DNA from: Pecten maximus
Taxonomy: Eukaryota
Length of the DNA: 64,000 nucleotides
NCBI RefSeq assembly: GCF_902652985.1
Contig: NC_047024.1
Span: forward strand, 13,392,001-13,456,000
Direction: 5' to 3'
Part shown: positions 1 to 12,379 of the stretch, piece by piece
How positions within the stretch are numbered: the first letter of the stretch is position 1
Layout of the letters: the number at the start of each line of letters is the position of its first letter
Program-made: the position numbers and the translations under genes
Notes under the pieces: model-generated
What the model was told of the DNA's origin: nothing
Databases searched by the model: none
What the model saw: the letters and a program-made list of their open reading frames with translations, nothing else

Positions 1-1157
1 TCACCAAACAGTCTATTTTTAGTTTCCACTGATGGGATGGAAAAGTAGAATTCCCTTCAAATTAGCTCCGACTAGTAGATTGATACGACATCTTGTATTA
101 CACATATGTGATTCATACCCACTGAAAAAATAGACAGAAAGTTGTTGTATTACTATTGTGAGATTACATTGGTATGTGATAAAATGAGGCTAGTGTGGCT
201 GGTCGTGAAAAAAACATAAATCTCCAAATTTATTGCTTACTCAAGGACAAATAATTTTCTAATTAACATTTTTATAACCCATTTTTGATTAATTTCAGGA
301 AGCAATCTGTAACCCGTATTAGTGGACTATCTATTTTTTTCAAATTTGTGGCTTATTCCTGAATTGAACGACAACTGAAGGAGGTAAATTTTGAGACCGT
401 CGACATCTTTAATTTCACAGAACGCGGTTATAACCAATAAATGGATAAACGTGTTTCAATCTCAACAACCATCACCATAATGTAACAACCACCATTTTTG
501 TTATTTGCATATTTAATAAAATCAAATAAGTGCTGTTATTGTTGGTCATTAATTCCAAAATCAAAATACCGGTTAACACTAGCCAACTCTCAAAACAGCT
601 ATACAGTATTGTAAGTAGTTATAATTATAACAGTGTTCCCTGTTATATGTCAACAGCTTGGTTTTCTTTGATGTAACGCCCGACCACAAGCAATGGTCAT
701 TTTAGGACGGCATTTAGTATGTGGGTGTATGTGTTCAATATTTGTGCATTCGTATGAGTTTCCTTGTGGTAGTGGCGAACTGATGTGGTGCCGCCTCATA
801 AAGTATTGTCAATGACATCAGGAAACCACACCCGAACACACTGCCACTCCCCTTCCATATGCTATTGATAAACAGGAAGTAGAAACTTCCGTGTTAAAGG
901 TCTCTGATATATCTTTATGTAGATCAAGAAAAGAACCCAAAGCCTTCCTCACAAGGGAGAAAGCTCAACTTAAAGGTCAATTACAATGATTTTTTTTTCA
1001 AAAAGTTTAAATCACTTGAATAGAACCTTAAACTATTCTGAAAATGATTGTTCCGTTTTGTTTTATTAAATTTCACGCCAATCGCCAGGTATCGCAAATA
1101 AACAAACACCTGAGATCGCTATAGCAAAATATCACACGAGTGACTTTCCTTTGCTCG

Positions 1158-1182
1158 TGACGTCACTGATGACAGTCGAGAA
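1158..1182 (+). promoter_or_regulatory. Subterminal motif with CRE/ATF site (TGACGTCA) upstream of the THAP ATG
   Basis: TGACGTCACTGATGACAGTCGAGAA; inverted copy (23/25) at 3636-3660. Confidence 0.55.
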
Positions 1183-1235
1183 GAAACGCGTAGCCATATT
1201 GAAATCACTGACCTGTAGTAGCTGACACATCGGGC

Positions 1236-2042
1236 ATGGTTCAATGCGCTGCATATAATGGTACCGTCAAGTCGGGACAAGGGCTCAGCCTTTATATATT
1301 CCCAAAGGATAAGACACTGAGAAAGATATGGACGGCAAAGCTCAGAAGGCAGGATTTTTCCCCAAGCCAACATTCTAAACTTTGCGAGCGGCACTTCGAG
1401 GACGACCAATTTGCAGTGAACCCCATTGTATTGAAGTCACTTTCCTGGACACTGAAAAGAAAGAAATTAGTCCCGAATGCCGTGCCGACAATTTTCGATT
1501 ACAAAAGGAAGATAGTAGAAGCAAAAAGGAAGTCCACGTTTCAAGCAAAAATGACGACGGATAGAGGTAAATTAATTGGAAGGATGGAGCATTTCTTACC
1601 CCAAGGCAAGAAACGGAGAAGGAGTTGCGAAAGAAGTGAAAGTAAAAGCAACATACGGTAAGAGATTGTGGTCTCAATTTGAAACATAAAAATGCATTTC
1701 TTGATCCTTATATGTACTTCAGTGAACAGAAGGTAAAAGTAAGTTATAAGTAATTGCTCAGCAGAGGATACTTTGAAGAATAAATAAAACAAGAAAGCTT
1801 TTCAGATCAGAAAAATGTATATGTATAACATTAATTGTATCAATTTTCATTTTACAGACAATGTTGAAGAACTTTTTGAAGACCCAATTCTTCGTAGAGA
1901 ATTAAACAACACATTCACGCAAGCCAGAGCAGCATGCAACATGCAAAATAAGGAGCGCCCATCTCCACTCTCGAAGAGTTGCACCCATGAAAGGAAGGAG
2001 GACATTGTGCATAGGCATAAATCAAGATTTAATGGACTTTGA
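1236..2042 (+). pseudogene. Internally deleted Kolobok transposase: THAP-domain exon (1236-1657) and C-terminal exon (1858-2042); no DDE core
   Basis: MVQCAAYNG..FPKD..RKIW..LCERHFEDDQF..LVPNAVPTIF matches the THAP signature (second Zn-ligand Cys reads Gly). GT donor at 1658, tttacAG acceptor at 1857. Last exon ends ..PSPL..KEDIVHRHKSRF, like Kolobok transposase C-termini. Donor is phase 2 but the acceptor needs phase 1. Confidence 0.8.
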
Positions 2043-2272
2043 AAGTGCTAGAGTGAGCTTGATGGATATACGTTAGACTGACTTTTATAAGAGTGTAAAT
2101 TCAATACCCGGAAACTATTGTCTGTTTTGTTCAACTTGAACATGAATTATATTGACATTGAAAACGTTGTGAATAATGGATTGTAATTCAGTTGAAAATA
2201 AATTGCTGGACAGTTAATAAATTCTGTACATAAAACATGTTTGACTTGTTTATTATTTGTATTGATTACTAT

Positions 2273-3631
2273 TTAGTTCAATGATGGGTATTTTAATCCA
2301 CAATATTGTGCTGATGGAAATGTTTTTCTAATTGACGACACAACACACGATGGCAACACTTTTCTGTTTCCTTTCCCAAGTCTTTGGTAAAATCCATTGT
2401 GTGAGGTTCCAGTAGGCTATGTATCTGTAGACTCTACAAAATATAAAAGAATGATGATAAGAAGGAACAACATGACTTCAAAATGGACAAGTTTCTGCTT
2501 AGTTTGTGCCATAATATTATTATCATTTAGCAAACATAATACATCCAAAAATATTTGCATGCTAGTTATTGAATTAAATTCATGAGAATTTCATCATCCA
2601 TCTAAATGCAAGTCTGAAAACTGACAAACCTGACCAAGATTGTTCTTCATCTGGGAAAGTACAATGCAGGCTTGATTTTTATTGGATATGTTGACAATTG
2701 GATGTAAATTGCACCCAAAATGTTAAAGACAGTGGGTAAAAACTGTTTCTTCAGAATATAAACGTAATTAACTTACACATGGATGTCACCACACTTGCTG
2801 AGATCCTTCCTCTGTTCATTGTATCTGTAATGGCACATCTCGATGACATGCCTGTTGAGGCAGTTCCCCTTGAAACCCCCGTGATCTGTAATACAGGCCA
2901 GGCCTGCTTCCTACGCCTTTTCATGCACAAGATGTGAATATACACAACACTTATTTTCTAAGTCAGTTGGCTGTTTACACAGTTTCCACAAGTACACCTG
3001 CAATACATATAATGACTATTGAGTAGTGACTTTGACTATGACCACACAGATAATCAGTAAATTAGCGGTATATAGTAATGATATTAGTTTTCTAAAAGCT
3101 TACACGGATGTCAGAAAAGGAAACTCGTTATTGATATAAATTCACTATGAAAAAGGTGAAAAATAGTTATCGAAATGTATGGCCAATGCTAAGACGGTGT
3201 ACAGGACTTCATTCCGCCATCTTGCGGCGTCACTCCACTACAGCTCAGAGGTATAGATTTCAATAGCGATTAAAGCTTATATTAATTTATCTTATTTTCT
3301 CACATTCACTGGATAACCATGGTGAAAAATTCATATACTAATATATGTAAATTAAGTAGGAACTTTAAGAAGCGTACATCTAGATTACCACTAACCTGTT
3401 CTCGTTTGCGATCGTTGGGCCATCAGAAACGGCGAACCTGTCGGAACTGTCTAATAAGAAGTCTTCTCCGTCCGAATCTGAGCGGTCAGAATCGTCATCA
3501 GATGATTCGTGTGACTTTTGTCCTTGACCTCTTATAGGTTCATACATATATGGTTGGATTTTGACAGAAAGCTCGAAGTCAACATCGTGTATATCATCCT
3601 TGCTGTCGTACACGGGTACTAGGGCCGCCAT
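2273..3631 (-). pseudogene. KolX-like (P2X7 C-terminal ballast/nanor-like Cys-rich) gene, 3 exons: 3631-3396, 2997-2777, 2433-2273
   Basis: Spliced (all GT-AG, phase 2): MAALV..IQPYMYEP..acidic tract..|RCTCGNC..PT..ENKCC..CITDHGGFKGNCLNRHVI..|VYRYIAY..W..LGKGNRKVLPSCVVSSIRKTFPSAQYCG, the characteristic motifs of this domain. Disabled by a 1-bp deletion and TAG in exon 2 and a +1 frameshift in exon 3 (~2390). Confidence 0.85.
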
Positions 3632-3635
3632 GCTG

Positions 3636-3660
3636 TTCTCGATTGTCATTAGTGACGTCA
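3636..3660 (-). promoter_or_regulatory. Inverted copy of the CRE-containing subterminal motif, just upstream of the KolX ATG
   Basis: Minus strand TGACGTCACTAATGACAATCGAGAA; present only in copy 1. Confidence 0.55.
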
Positions 3661-4332
3661 TCAATATAGGATATCAAGAACGATAACTCGTGCCAATGCT
3701 CGATGTTCAGATGTTATTTACAGGTAAACGAGGTGACATAAAAATGTAAAAAAACTTTTCTCTCTATTCTAATATATTCTCTTATAATTGATGGATAATT
3801 TTAATTTTAATTTTCGTTAGAATTGACCTTTGAGGCTAAAAGCGAGGCAGTGTCAAGGGAGATATCAGGAAGAAAATGATGTTCAGAAAAAAACAACAAA
3901 CAAAAACAACTGGAACCTTATACATGTAGTCCCCACTTAAAATTATGCAATCGGACAGGAGGCCATTTTAGGAGAAATACGCTTCTTTTAGGTCGTGTAC
4001 CATTGATATAGGTATTATATGCTTATATGACATATACACTCTACCCTCTATCGTCCCACAGTAGTTGCGTCCGAAAAATATAATATTTCTTTGAATATTT
4101 GTTTTTCTTAATTTGTTCGCAATGTAACCTATTTCGTACTTTCAATTTTCTCTGTATTGTCAATAGAACCTTACCAAACATTATTCAATGTTCATAATTT
4201 CGATTGCTGTAGTGAACAAGGAACAATTTTTGCAATTGCATAATTTATAATTTAAATTTACGTTATATTTCCATCTGAAAAAATTCTCCCAAATAAGTCG
4301 CGACGTCAGAATAATTAACAGTTCATAGTATG

Positions 4333-5600
4333 TCATACAGTATCGTCATCGTCGCAGTCATTGATTAGAAGGATTCTTCGGTATTTCCTCGGAGATTCAG
4401 TAACTTGAGAGGAAGAAGATTGTAATGGTATTTGAAATGAAACACCGCAAGAAACATTCGCCCCGAAAAAAAAAATCCAATGGTAAGACTTGACATTCTC
4501 GGTATCGTTGTAGTTTTAACCGATGCGGCCGCATCTTCATTTCTCGAATGTCCTATTTCACAACAAGAAATGTTGATGATGCACATTTTGGTGACAGAGC
4601 TGCTTTTGGGACATTTGGTAAGATTTCACGGCGTTGATTCGTAGACACCATTGTATTATTGTTTACACTATTTACATATTTGTTGCCACTAATCAACTGC
4701 ATGATCGTTGTCGGTGCGACGCCCGAATGCAAAAGTTTTGTTCGTAGAGTTGTTCGGCTACAAGGCCAGCATTGTTTGCCATTGTTTTGAACATCACAGA
4801 AAGTTTAGTTTTCCAACTGGCTGATTTTTAAAGCACTTTTTACCGTTCTCGTTATGATTAATACGTTGTAGCGATTCGGCAGTGTTCATTTCATCAGGCA
4901 TATGATTTGTGTAAAGTTTATGGGTTTTCGTCGACCTTTCATTGAATTCAAAATTTCTAAATTCCGAGGTTGTCAAACCAGGCTGTAGCAGGCAACAGAA
5001 CAGAGGGAAATGTTTATTTCAATAAAGTCGATATATCTAAAAATGTTAGAGGAGTTATTTGTTTTCAATTATATCTAGATATAGAATATTGTTTGTAAAA
5101 TATTTCCATATCTTTAAATAAAGGTAATAAGATACAGCGGCAGTTCATTTCATCCAACCAACAGTCTATTTCAAGTTGTAATTGCTGGGATTGACAGGAG
5201 AATTCCCTTAGAATAAGCTCCGACTGGTATAGTGATACAACATCTTGTATTACACATATGTGATACAAACCCACATAAAACATGGACAGAAAGTTGTTGT
5301 ATTACTATTGTGAGATTACATTGGTATGTGATAAAATGAGGTCACTATGCTGGTCGTGAAAAAGCATGAATCTCCAAATTTATTGCTTACTCAAGGACAA
5401 ATAATTTTTTTAATTAACATTTTTATAACCCATTTTTAATTAATTTCAGGAAGCAATCTGTAACCCGTATTAGTGAAATGTCTTTTTTTCGAAATCGTGC
5501 CTTATTCCTGAATTGAACGATAACTGAAGGAGATAAAATTTTTGGCCGTCGACATCTTTAATTTCACAGATCGCGGTTATAACCAATAAATGGATAAACG
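4333..5600 (-). pseudogene. Decayed Crypton-type tyrosine recombinase (DUF3504; KIAA1958/QRICH1/ZMYM-like)
   Basis: Minus-strand fragments in the expected order: YWL..CEIKDVDG..SGI; FEFNERSTKT; KLYTNHMPDEMNTAES; CFKNQPVGK; KLSVMFKTMANNAGL; TKLLHSGVAPT(T/A)IMQLISGNKYVNSVNNN..NQRREI; and a C-terminal FFGAN..SPRKYRRILLIND.DDD tail. Many frameshifts. Confidence 0.75.
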
Positions 5601-6384
5601 TGTTTCAATCTCAACAACCATCCTCAAAATGTAACCACCACCATTTTTGTTATTTGCATATTTAATAAAATCAAATAAGTGCTGTTATTGTTGGTCATTA
5701 ATTCCAAAATCAAAATACCGGTTAACACTAGCAAACTCTCAAAACAGCTATACAGTATTGTAAGTAGTTATAATTATAACAGTGTTCCCTGTTATATGTC
5801 AACAGCTTGGTTTTCTTTGATGTAACGCCCGACCACAAGCAATGGTCATTTTAGGACGGCATTTAGTATGTGGGTGTATGTGTTCAATATTTGTGCATTC
5901 GTATGAGTTTCCTTGTGGTAGTGGCGAACTGATGTGGTGCCGCCTCATAAAGTATTGTCAATGACATCAGGAAACCACACCCGAACACACTGCCATTCCC
6001 CTTCCATATGCTATTGATAAGCAGGAAGTAGAAACTTCCGTGTTAAAGGTCTCTGATATATCTTTATGTAGATCAAGAAAAGAACCCAAAGCCTTCCTCA
6101 CAAGGGAGAAAGCTCAACTTAAAGGTCAATTACAATGATTTTTTTTTCAAAAAGTTTAAATCACTTGAATAGAACCTTAAACTATTCTGAAAATGATTGT
6201 TCCGTTTTGTTTTATTAAATTTCACGCCAATCGCCAGGTATCGCAAATAAACAAACACCTGAGATCGCTATAGCAAAATATCACACGAGTGACTTTCCTT
6301 TGCTCGTGACGTCACTGATGACAGTCGAGAAGAAACGCGTAGCCATATTGAAATCACTGACCTGTAGTAGCTGACACATCGGGC

Positions 6385-7192
6385 ATGGTTCAATGCGCTG
6401 CATATAATGGTACCGTCAAGTCGGGACAAGGGCTCAGCCTTTATATATTCCCAAAGGATAAGACACTGAGAAAGATATGGACGGGAAAGCTCAGAAGGCA
6501 GGAGTTTTCCCCAAGCCAACATTCTAAACTTTGCGAGCGGCACTTCGAGGACGACCAATTTGCAGTGAACCCCATTGTATTGAAGTCACTTTCCTGGACA
6601 CTGAAAAGAAAGAAATTAGTCCCGAATGCCGTGCCGACAATTTTCGATTACAAAAGGAAGATAGTAGAAGCAAAAAGGAAGTCCACGTTTCAAGCAAAAA
6701 CGACGACGGATAGAGGTAAATTAATTGGAAGGATGGAGCATTTCTTACCCCAAGGCAAGAAACGGAGAAGGAGTTGCGAAAGAAGTGAAAGTAAAAGCAA
6801 CATATGGTAAGAGATTGTGGTCTCAATTTGAAACATAAAAAATGCATTTCTTGATCCTTATATGTACTTCAGTGAACAGAAGGTAAAAGTAAGTTATAAG
6901 TAATTGCTCAGCAGAGGATACTTTGAAGAATAAATAAAACAAGAAAGCTTTTCAGATCAGAAAAATGTATATGTATAACATTAATTGTATCAATTTTCAT
7001 TTTACAGACTATGTTGAAGAACTTTTTGAAGACCCAATTCTTCGTAGAGAATTAAACAACACATTCACGCAAGCCAGAGCAGCATGCAACATGCAAAATA
7101 AGGAGCGCCCATCTCCACTCTCGAAGAGTTGCACCCATGAAAGGAAGGAGGACATTGTGCATAGGCATAAATCAAGATTTAATGGACTTTGA
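6385..7192 (+). pseudogene. THAP/transposase remnant, copy 2
   Basis: ORFs 6385-6810 and 6965-7192, near-identical to copy 1. Confidence 0.8.
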
Positions 7193-7422
7193 AAGTGCTA
7201 GAGTGAGCTTGATGGATATACGTTAGACTGACTTTTATAAGAGTGTAAATTCAATACCCGGAAACTATTGTCTGTTTTGTTCAACTTGAACATTAATTAT
7301 ATTGACATTGAAAACGTTGTGAATAATGGATTGTAATTCAGTTGAAAATAAATTGCTGGACAGTTAATAAATTCTGTACATAAAACATGTTTGACTTGTT
7401 TATTATTTGTATTGATTACTAT

Positions 7423-8744
7423 TTAGTTCAAGGATGGGTATTTTAATCCACAATATTGTGCTGATGGAAATGTTTTTCTAATTGACGACACAACACACGA
7501 TGGCAACACTTTTCTGTTTCCTTTCCCAAGTCTTTGGTAAAATCCATTGTGTGAGGTTCCAGTAGGCTATGTATCTGTAGACTCTACAAAATATAAAGAA
7601 TGATGATAAGAAGGAACAACATGACTTCAAAATGGACAAGTTTCTGCTTAGTTTGTGCCATAATATTATTATCATTTAGCAAACATAATACATCCAAAAA
7701 TATTTGCATGCTAGTTATTGAATTAAATTCATGAGAATTTCATCATCCATCTAAATGCAAGTCTGAAAACTGACAAACCTGACCAAGATTGTTCTTCATC
7801 TGGGAAAGCACAATGCAGGCTTGATTTTTATTGGATATGTTGACAATTGGATGTAATTTGCACCCAAAATGTTATAAGACAGTGGGTAAAAACTGTTTCT
7901 TCAGAATATAAACGTAATTAACTTACACATGGATGTCACCACACTTGCTGAGATCCTTCCTCTGTTCATTGTATCTGTAATGGCACATCTCGATGACATG
8001 CCTGTTGAGGCAGTTCCCCTTGAAACCCCCGTGATCTGTAATACAGGCCAGGCCTGCTTCCTACGCCTTTTCATGCACAAGATGTGAATATACACAACAC
8101 TTATTTTCTAAGTTAGTTGGCATGTTTACATAGTTTCCACAAGTACACCTGCAATATATATAATGACTATTGAGTAGTGACTTTGACTATGACCACACAG
8201 ATAATCAGTAAATTAGCGGTATATAGCAATGATATTAGTTTTTCTAAAAGCTTACACGGATGTCAGAAAAGGAAACTCGTTATTGATATAAATTCACTAT
8301 GAAAAAGGTGAAAAATAGTTATCGAAATGTACGGCCAATGCTAAGACGGTGAACAGGGCTTCATTCCGCCATCTTGTGGCGTCACCCCACTACAGCTCAG
8401 AAGTATAGATTTCAATAGCGATTAAAGCTTATATTAATTTATCTTATTTTCTCACATTCACTGGATATCCATGGTGAAAAATTCATATACTAATATATGT
8501 AAATTAAGTAGGAACTTTAAGAAGCGTACATTTAGATTACCACTAACCTGTTCTCGTTTGCGATCGTTGGGCCATCAGAAACGGCGAACCTGTCGGAACT
8601 GTCTAATAAGAATGCTTCTCCGTCCGAATCTGAGCGGTCAGAATCGTCATCAGATGATTCGTGTGACTTTTGTCCTTGACCTCTTATAGGTACATACATA
8701 TATGGTTGGATTTTGACAGAAAGCTCGAAGTCAACATCTTGTAT
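7423..8744 (-). pseudogene. KolX-like gene copy 2, start codon deleted
   Basis: Homologous to 2273-3592; 5' end removed by the ~185-bp deletion. Confidence 0.8.
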
Positions 8745-9292
8745 TCTCTTATAATTGATGGATAATTTTAATTTTAATTTTCGTTAGAATTGACCTTTGA
8801 GGCTAAAAGCGAGGCAGTGTCAAGGGAGATATCGGGAAGAAAATGATGTTCAGAAAAAAACAACAAACAAAAACAACTGGAACCTTATACATGTAGTCCC
8901 CACTTAAAATTATGCAATCGGACAGCAGGCCATTTTAGGAGAAATACGCTTCTTTTAGGTCGTGTACCACTGATATAGGTATTATATGCTTATATGACAT
9001 ATGCACTCTATCGTCCAACAGTAGTTGTGTCCGAAAAATATAATATTTCTTGAATATTCTTTTTTCTTAATTTGTTCGCAATGTAACCTATTTCGTACTT
9101 TCAATTTTCTCTGTATTGTCAACAGAACCTTACCAAACAATATCCAATGTTCATAATTTCGATTGCTGTAGTGAACAAGGAACAATTTTCGCGATTGCAT
9201 AATTGATAATTTAGATTTACGTTATATTTCCATCTGAAAAAATTCTCCCAAATAAGTCGCGACGTCAGAATATATTCACAGTTCATAGCATG

Positions 9293-10560
9293 TCATACAG
9301 TATCGTCATCGTCGGAGTCATTGATTAGAAGGATTCTTCGGTATTTCCACGGAGATGAAGTAACTTGAGAGGAAGAAGATTGTAATGGTATTTGAAATGA
9401 AACACCGCAAGAAACATTCGCCCCGAAAAAAAAATGCAATGGTAAGACTTGACATTCTCGGTATCGTTGTAGTTTTAACCGATGCGGCCGCATCTTCATT
9501 TCTCGAATGTCCTATTTCACAACAAGAAATGTTGATGATGCACATTTTGGTGACAGAGCTGCTTTTGGGACATTTGGTAAGATTTCACGGCGTTGATTCG
9601 TAGACACCATTGTATTATTGTTTACACTATTTACATATTTGTTGCCACTAATCAACTGCATGATCGCTGTCGGTGCGACGCCCGAATGCAAAAGTTTTGT
9701 TCGCAGAGTTGTTCGGCTACAAGGCCAGCATTGTTTGCCATTGTTTTGAACATCACAGAAAGTTTAGTTTTCCAACTGGCTGATTTTAAAAGCACTTTTT
9801 ATCGTTCTCGTTATGATTAATACGTTGTAGCGATTCGGCAGTGTTAATTTCATGAGGCATATGATTTGTGTAAAGTTTATGGGTTTTCGTCGACCTTTCA
9901 TTGAATTCAAAATTTCTAAATTCCGAGGTTGTCAAACCAGGCTGTAGCAGGCAACAGAACAGAGGGAAATGTTTATTTCAATAAAGTCGATATATCTAAA
10001 AATGTTAGAGGAGTTATTTGTTTTCAATTATATCTAGATATAGAATATTGTTTGTAAAATATTTTCATATCTTTAAATAAAGGTAATAAGATACAGCGGC
10101 AGTTCATTTCATCCAACCAACAGTCTATTTCAAGTTGTAATTGCTGGGATTGACAGGAGAATTCCCTTAGAATAAGCTCCGACTGGTATAGTGATACAAC
10201 ATCTTGTATTACACATATGTGATACAAACCCACATAAAACATGGACAGAAAGTTGTTGTATTACTATTGTGAGATTACATTGGTATGTGATAAAATGAGG
10301 TCACTATGCTGGTCGTGAAAAAGCATGAATCTCCAAATTTATTGCTTACTCAAGGACAAATAATTTTTTTAATTAACATTTTTATAACCCATTTTTAATT
10401 AATTTCAGGAAGCAATCTGTAACCCGTATTAGTGAAATGTCTTTTTTTCGAAATCGTGCCTTATTCCTGAATTGAACGATAACTGAAGGAGATAAAATTT
10501 TTGGCCGTCGACATCTTTAATTTCACAGATCGCGGTTATAACCAATAAATGGATAAACGT
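9293..10560 (-). pseudogene. Crypton-type recombinase remnant, array copy
   Basis: Homologous to 4333-5600; ORF 9293-9499 shows the C-terminal tail. Confidence 0.75.
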
Positions 10561-11343
10561 GTTTCAATCTCAACAACCATCCTCAAAATGTAACCACCAC
10601 CATTTTTGTTATTTGCATATTTAATAAAATCAAATAAGTGCTGTTATTGTTGGTCATTAATTCCAAAATCAAAATACCGGTTAACACTAGCAAACTCTCA
10701 AAACAGCTATACAGTATTGTAAGTAGTTATAATTATAACAGTGTTCCCTGTTATATGTCAACAGCTTGGTTTTCTTTGATGTAACGCCCGACCACAAGCA
10801 ATGGTCATTTTAGGACGGCATTTAGTATGTGGGTGTATGTGTTCAATATTTGTGCATTCGTATGAGTTTCCTTGTGGTAGTGGCGAACTGATGTGGTGCC
10901 GCCTCATAAAGTATTGTCAATGACATCAGGAAACCACACCCGAACACACTGCCATTCCCCTTCCATATGCTATTGATAAGCAGGAAGTAGAAACTTCCGT
11001 GTTAAAGGTCTCTGATATATCTTTATGTAGATCAAGAAAAGAACCCAAAGCCTTCCTCACAAGGGAGAAAGCTCAACTTAAAGGTCAATTACAATGATTT
11101 TTTTTTCAAAAAGTTTAAATCACTTGAATAGAACCTTAAACTATTCTGAAAATGATTGTTCCGTTTTGTTTTATTAAATTTCACGCCAATCGCCAGGTAT
11201 CGCAAATAAACAAACACCTGAGATCGCTATAGCAAAATATCACACGAGTGACTTTCCTTTGCTCGTGACGTCACTGATGACAGTCGAGAAGAAACGCGTA
11301 GCCATATTGAAATCACTGACCTGTAGTAGCTGACACATCGGGC

Positions 11344-12151
11344 ATGGTTCAATGCGCTGCATATAATGGTACCGTCAAGTCGGGACAAGGGCTCAGCCTT
11401 TATATATTCCCAAAGGATAAGACACTGAGAAAGATATGGACGGGAAAGCTCAGAAGGCAGGAGTTTTCCCCAAGCCAACATTCTAAACTTTGCGAGCGGC
11501 ACTTCGAGGACGACCAATTTGCAGTGAACCCCATTGTATTGAAGTCACTTTCCTGGACACTGAAAAGAAAGAAATTAGTCCCGAATGCCGTGCCGACAAT
11601 TTTCGATTACAAAAGGAAGATAGTAGAAGCAAAAAGGAAGTCCACGTTTCAAGCAAAAACGACGACGGATAGAGGTAAATTAATTGGAAGGATGGAGCAT
11701 TTCTTACCCCAAGGCAAGAAACGGAGAAGGAGTTGCGAAAGAAGTGAAAGTAAAAGCAACATATGGTAAGAGATTGTGGTCTCAATTTGAAACATAAAAA
11801 ATGCATTTCTTGATCCTTATATGTACTTCAGTGAACAGAAGGTAAAAGTAAGTTATAAGTAATTGCTCAGCAGAGGATACTTTGAAGAATAAATAAAACA
11901 AGAAAGCTTTTCAGATCAGAAAAATGTATATGTATAACATTAATTGTATCAATTTTCATTTTACAGACTATGTTGAAGAACTTTTTGAAGACCCAATTCT
12001 TCGTAGAGAATTAAACAACACATTCACGCAAGCCAGAGCAGCATGCAACATGCAAAATAAGGAGCGCCCATCTCCACTCTCGAAGAGTTGCACCCATGAA
12101 AGGAAGGAGGACATTGTGCATAGGCATAAATCAAGATTTAATGGACTTTGA
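11344..12151 (+). pseudogene. THAP/transposase remnant, copy 3
   Basis: ORFs 11344-11769 and 11924-12151, same translation as copy 2. Confidence 0.8.
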
Positions 12152-12379
12152 AAGTGCTAGAGTGAGCTTGATGGATATACGTTAGACTGACTTTTATAAG
12201 AGTGTAAATTCAATACCCGGAAACTATTGTCTGTTTTGTTCAACTTGAACATTAATTATATTGACATTGAAAACGTTGTGAATAATGGATTGTAATTCAG
12301 TTGAAAATAAATTGCTGGACAGTTAATAAATTCTGTACATAAACATGTTTGACTTGTTATTATTTGTATTGATTACTAT

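Larger units (their letters stand above)
974..3829 (+). mobile_element. Non-autonomous Kolobok DNA transposon, copy 1 (longest copy, 2856 bp)
   Basis: Termini AGGTCAATTacaatga / tcgttagAATTGACCT (9-bp perfect, ~16-bp imperfect TIR, AG..CT ends). Flanked by TTAA (970-973) and TTGA (3830-3833). Empty site with a single TTAA at 20937-20940. Encodes THAP (+) and convergent KolX-like (-) genes, the usual Kolobok layout. Confidence 0.9.
6123..8796 (+). mobile_element. Kolobok copy 2 (carries ~185-bp deletion near right end)
   Basis: Same termini; TTAA 6119-6122 and TTGA 8797-8800; near-identical to copy 1. Confidence 0.9.

Noticed and set aside
1236-1661. Cluster of host THAP transcription-factor genes
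   Set aside because: Each lies inside a TIR/TSD-bounded element with a demonstrable empty site, and a Zn-ligand Cys is lost.
2273-3631. P2X7 purinoceptor gene
   Set aside because: Only the Cys-rich ballast-like domain is present, with no channel domain; this is the transposon-borne KolX type.
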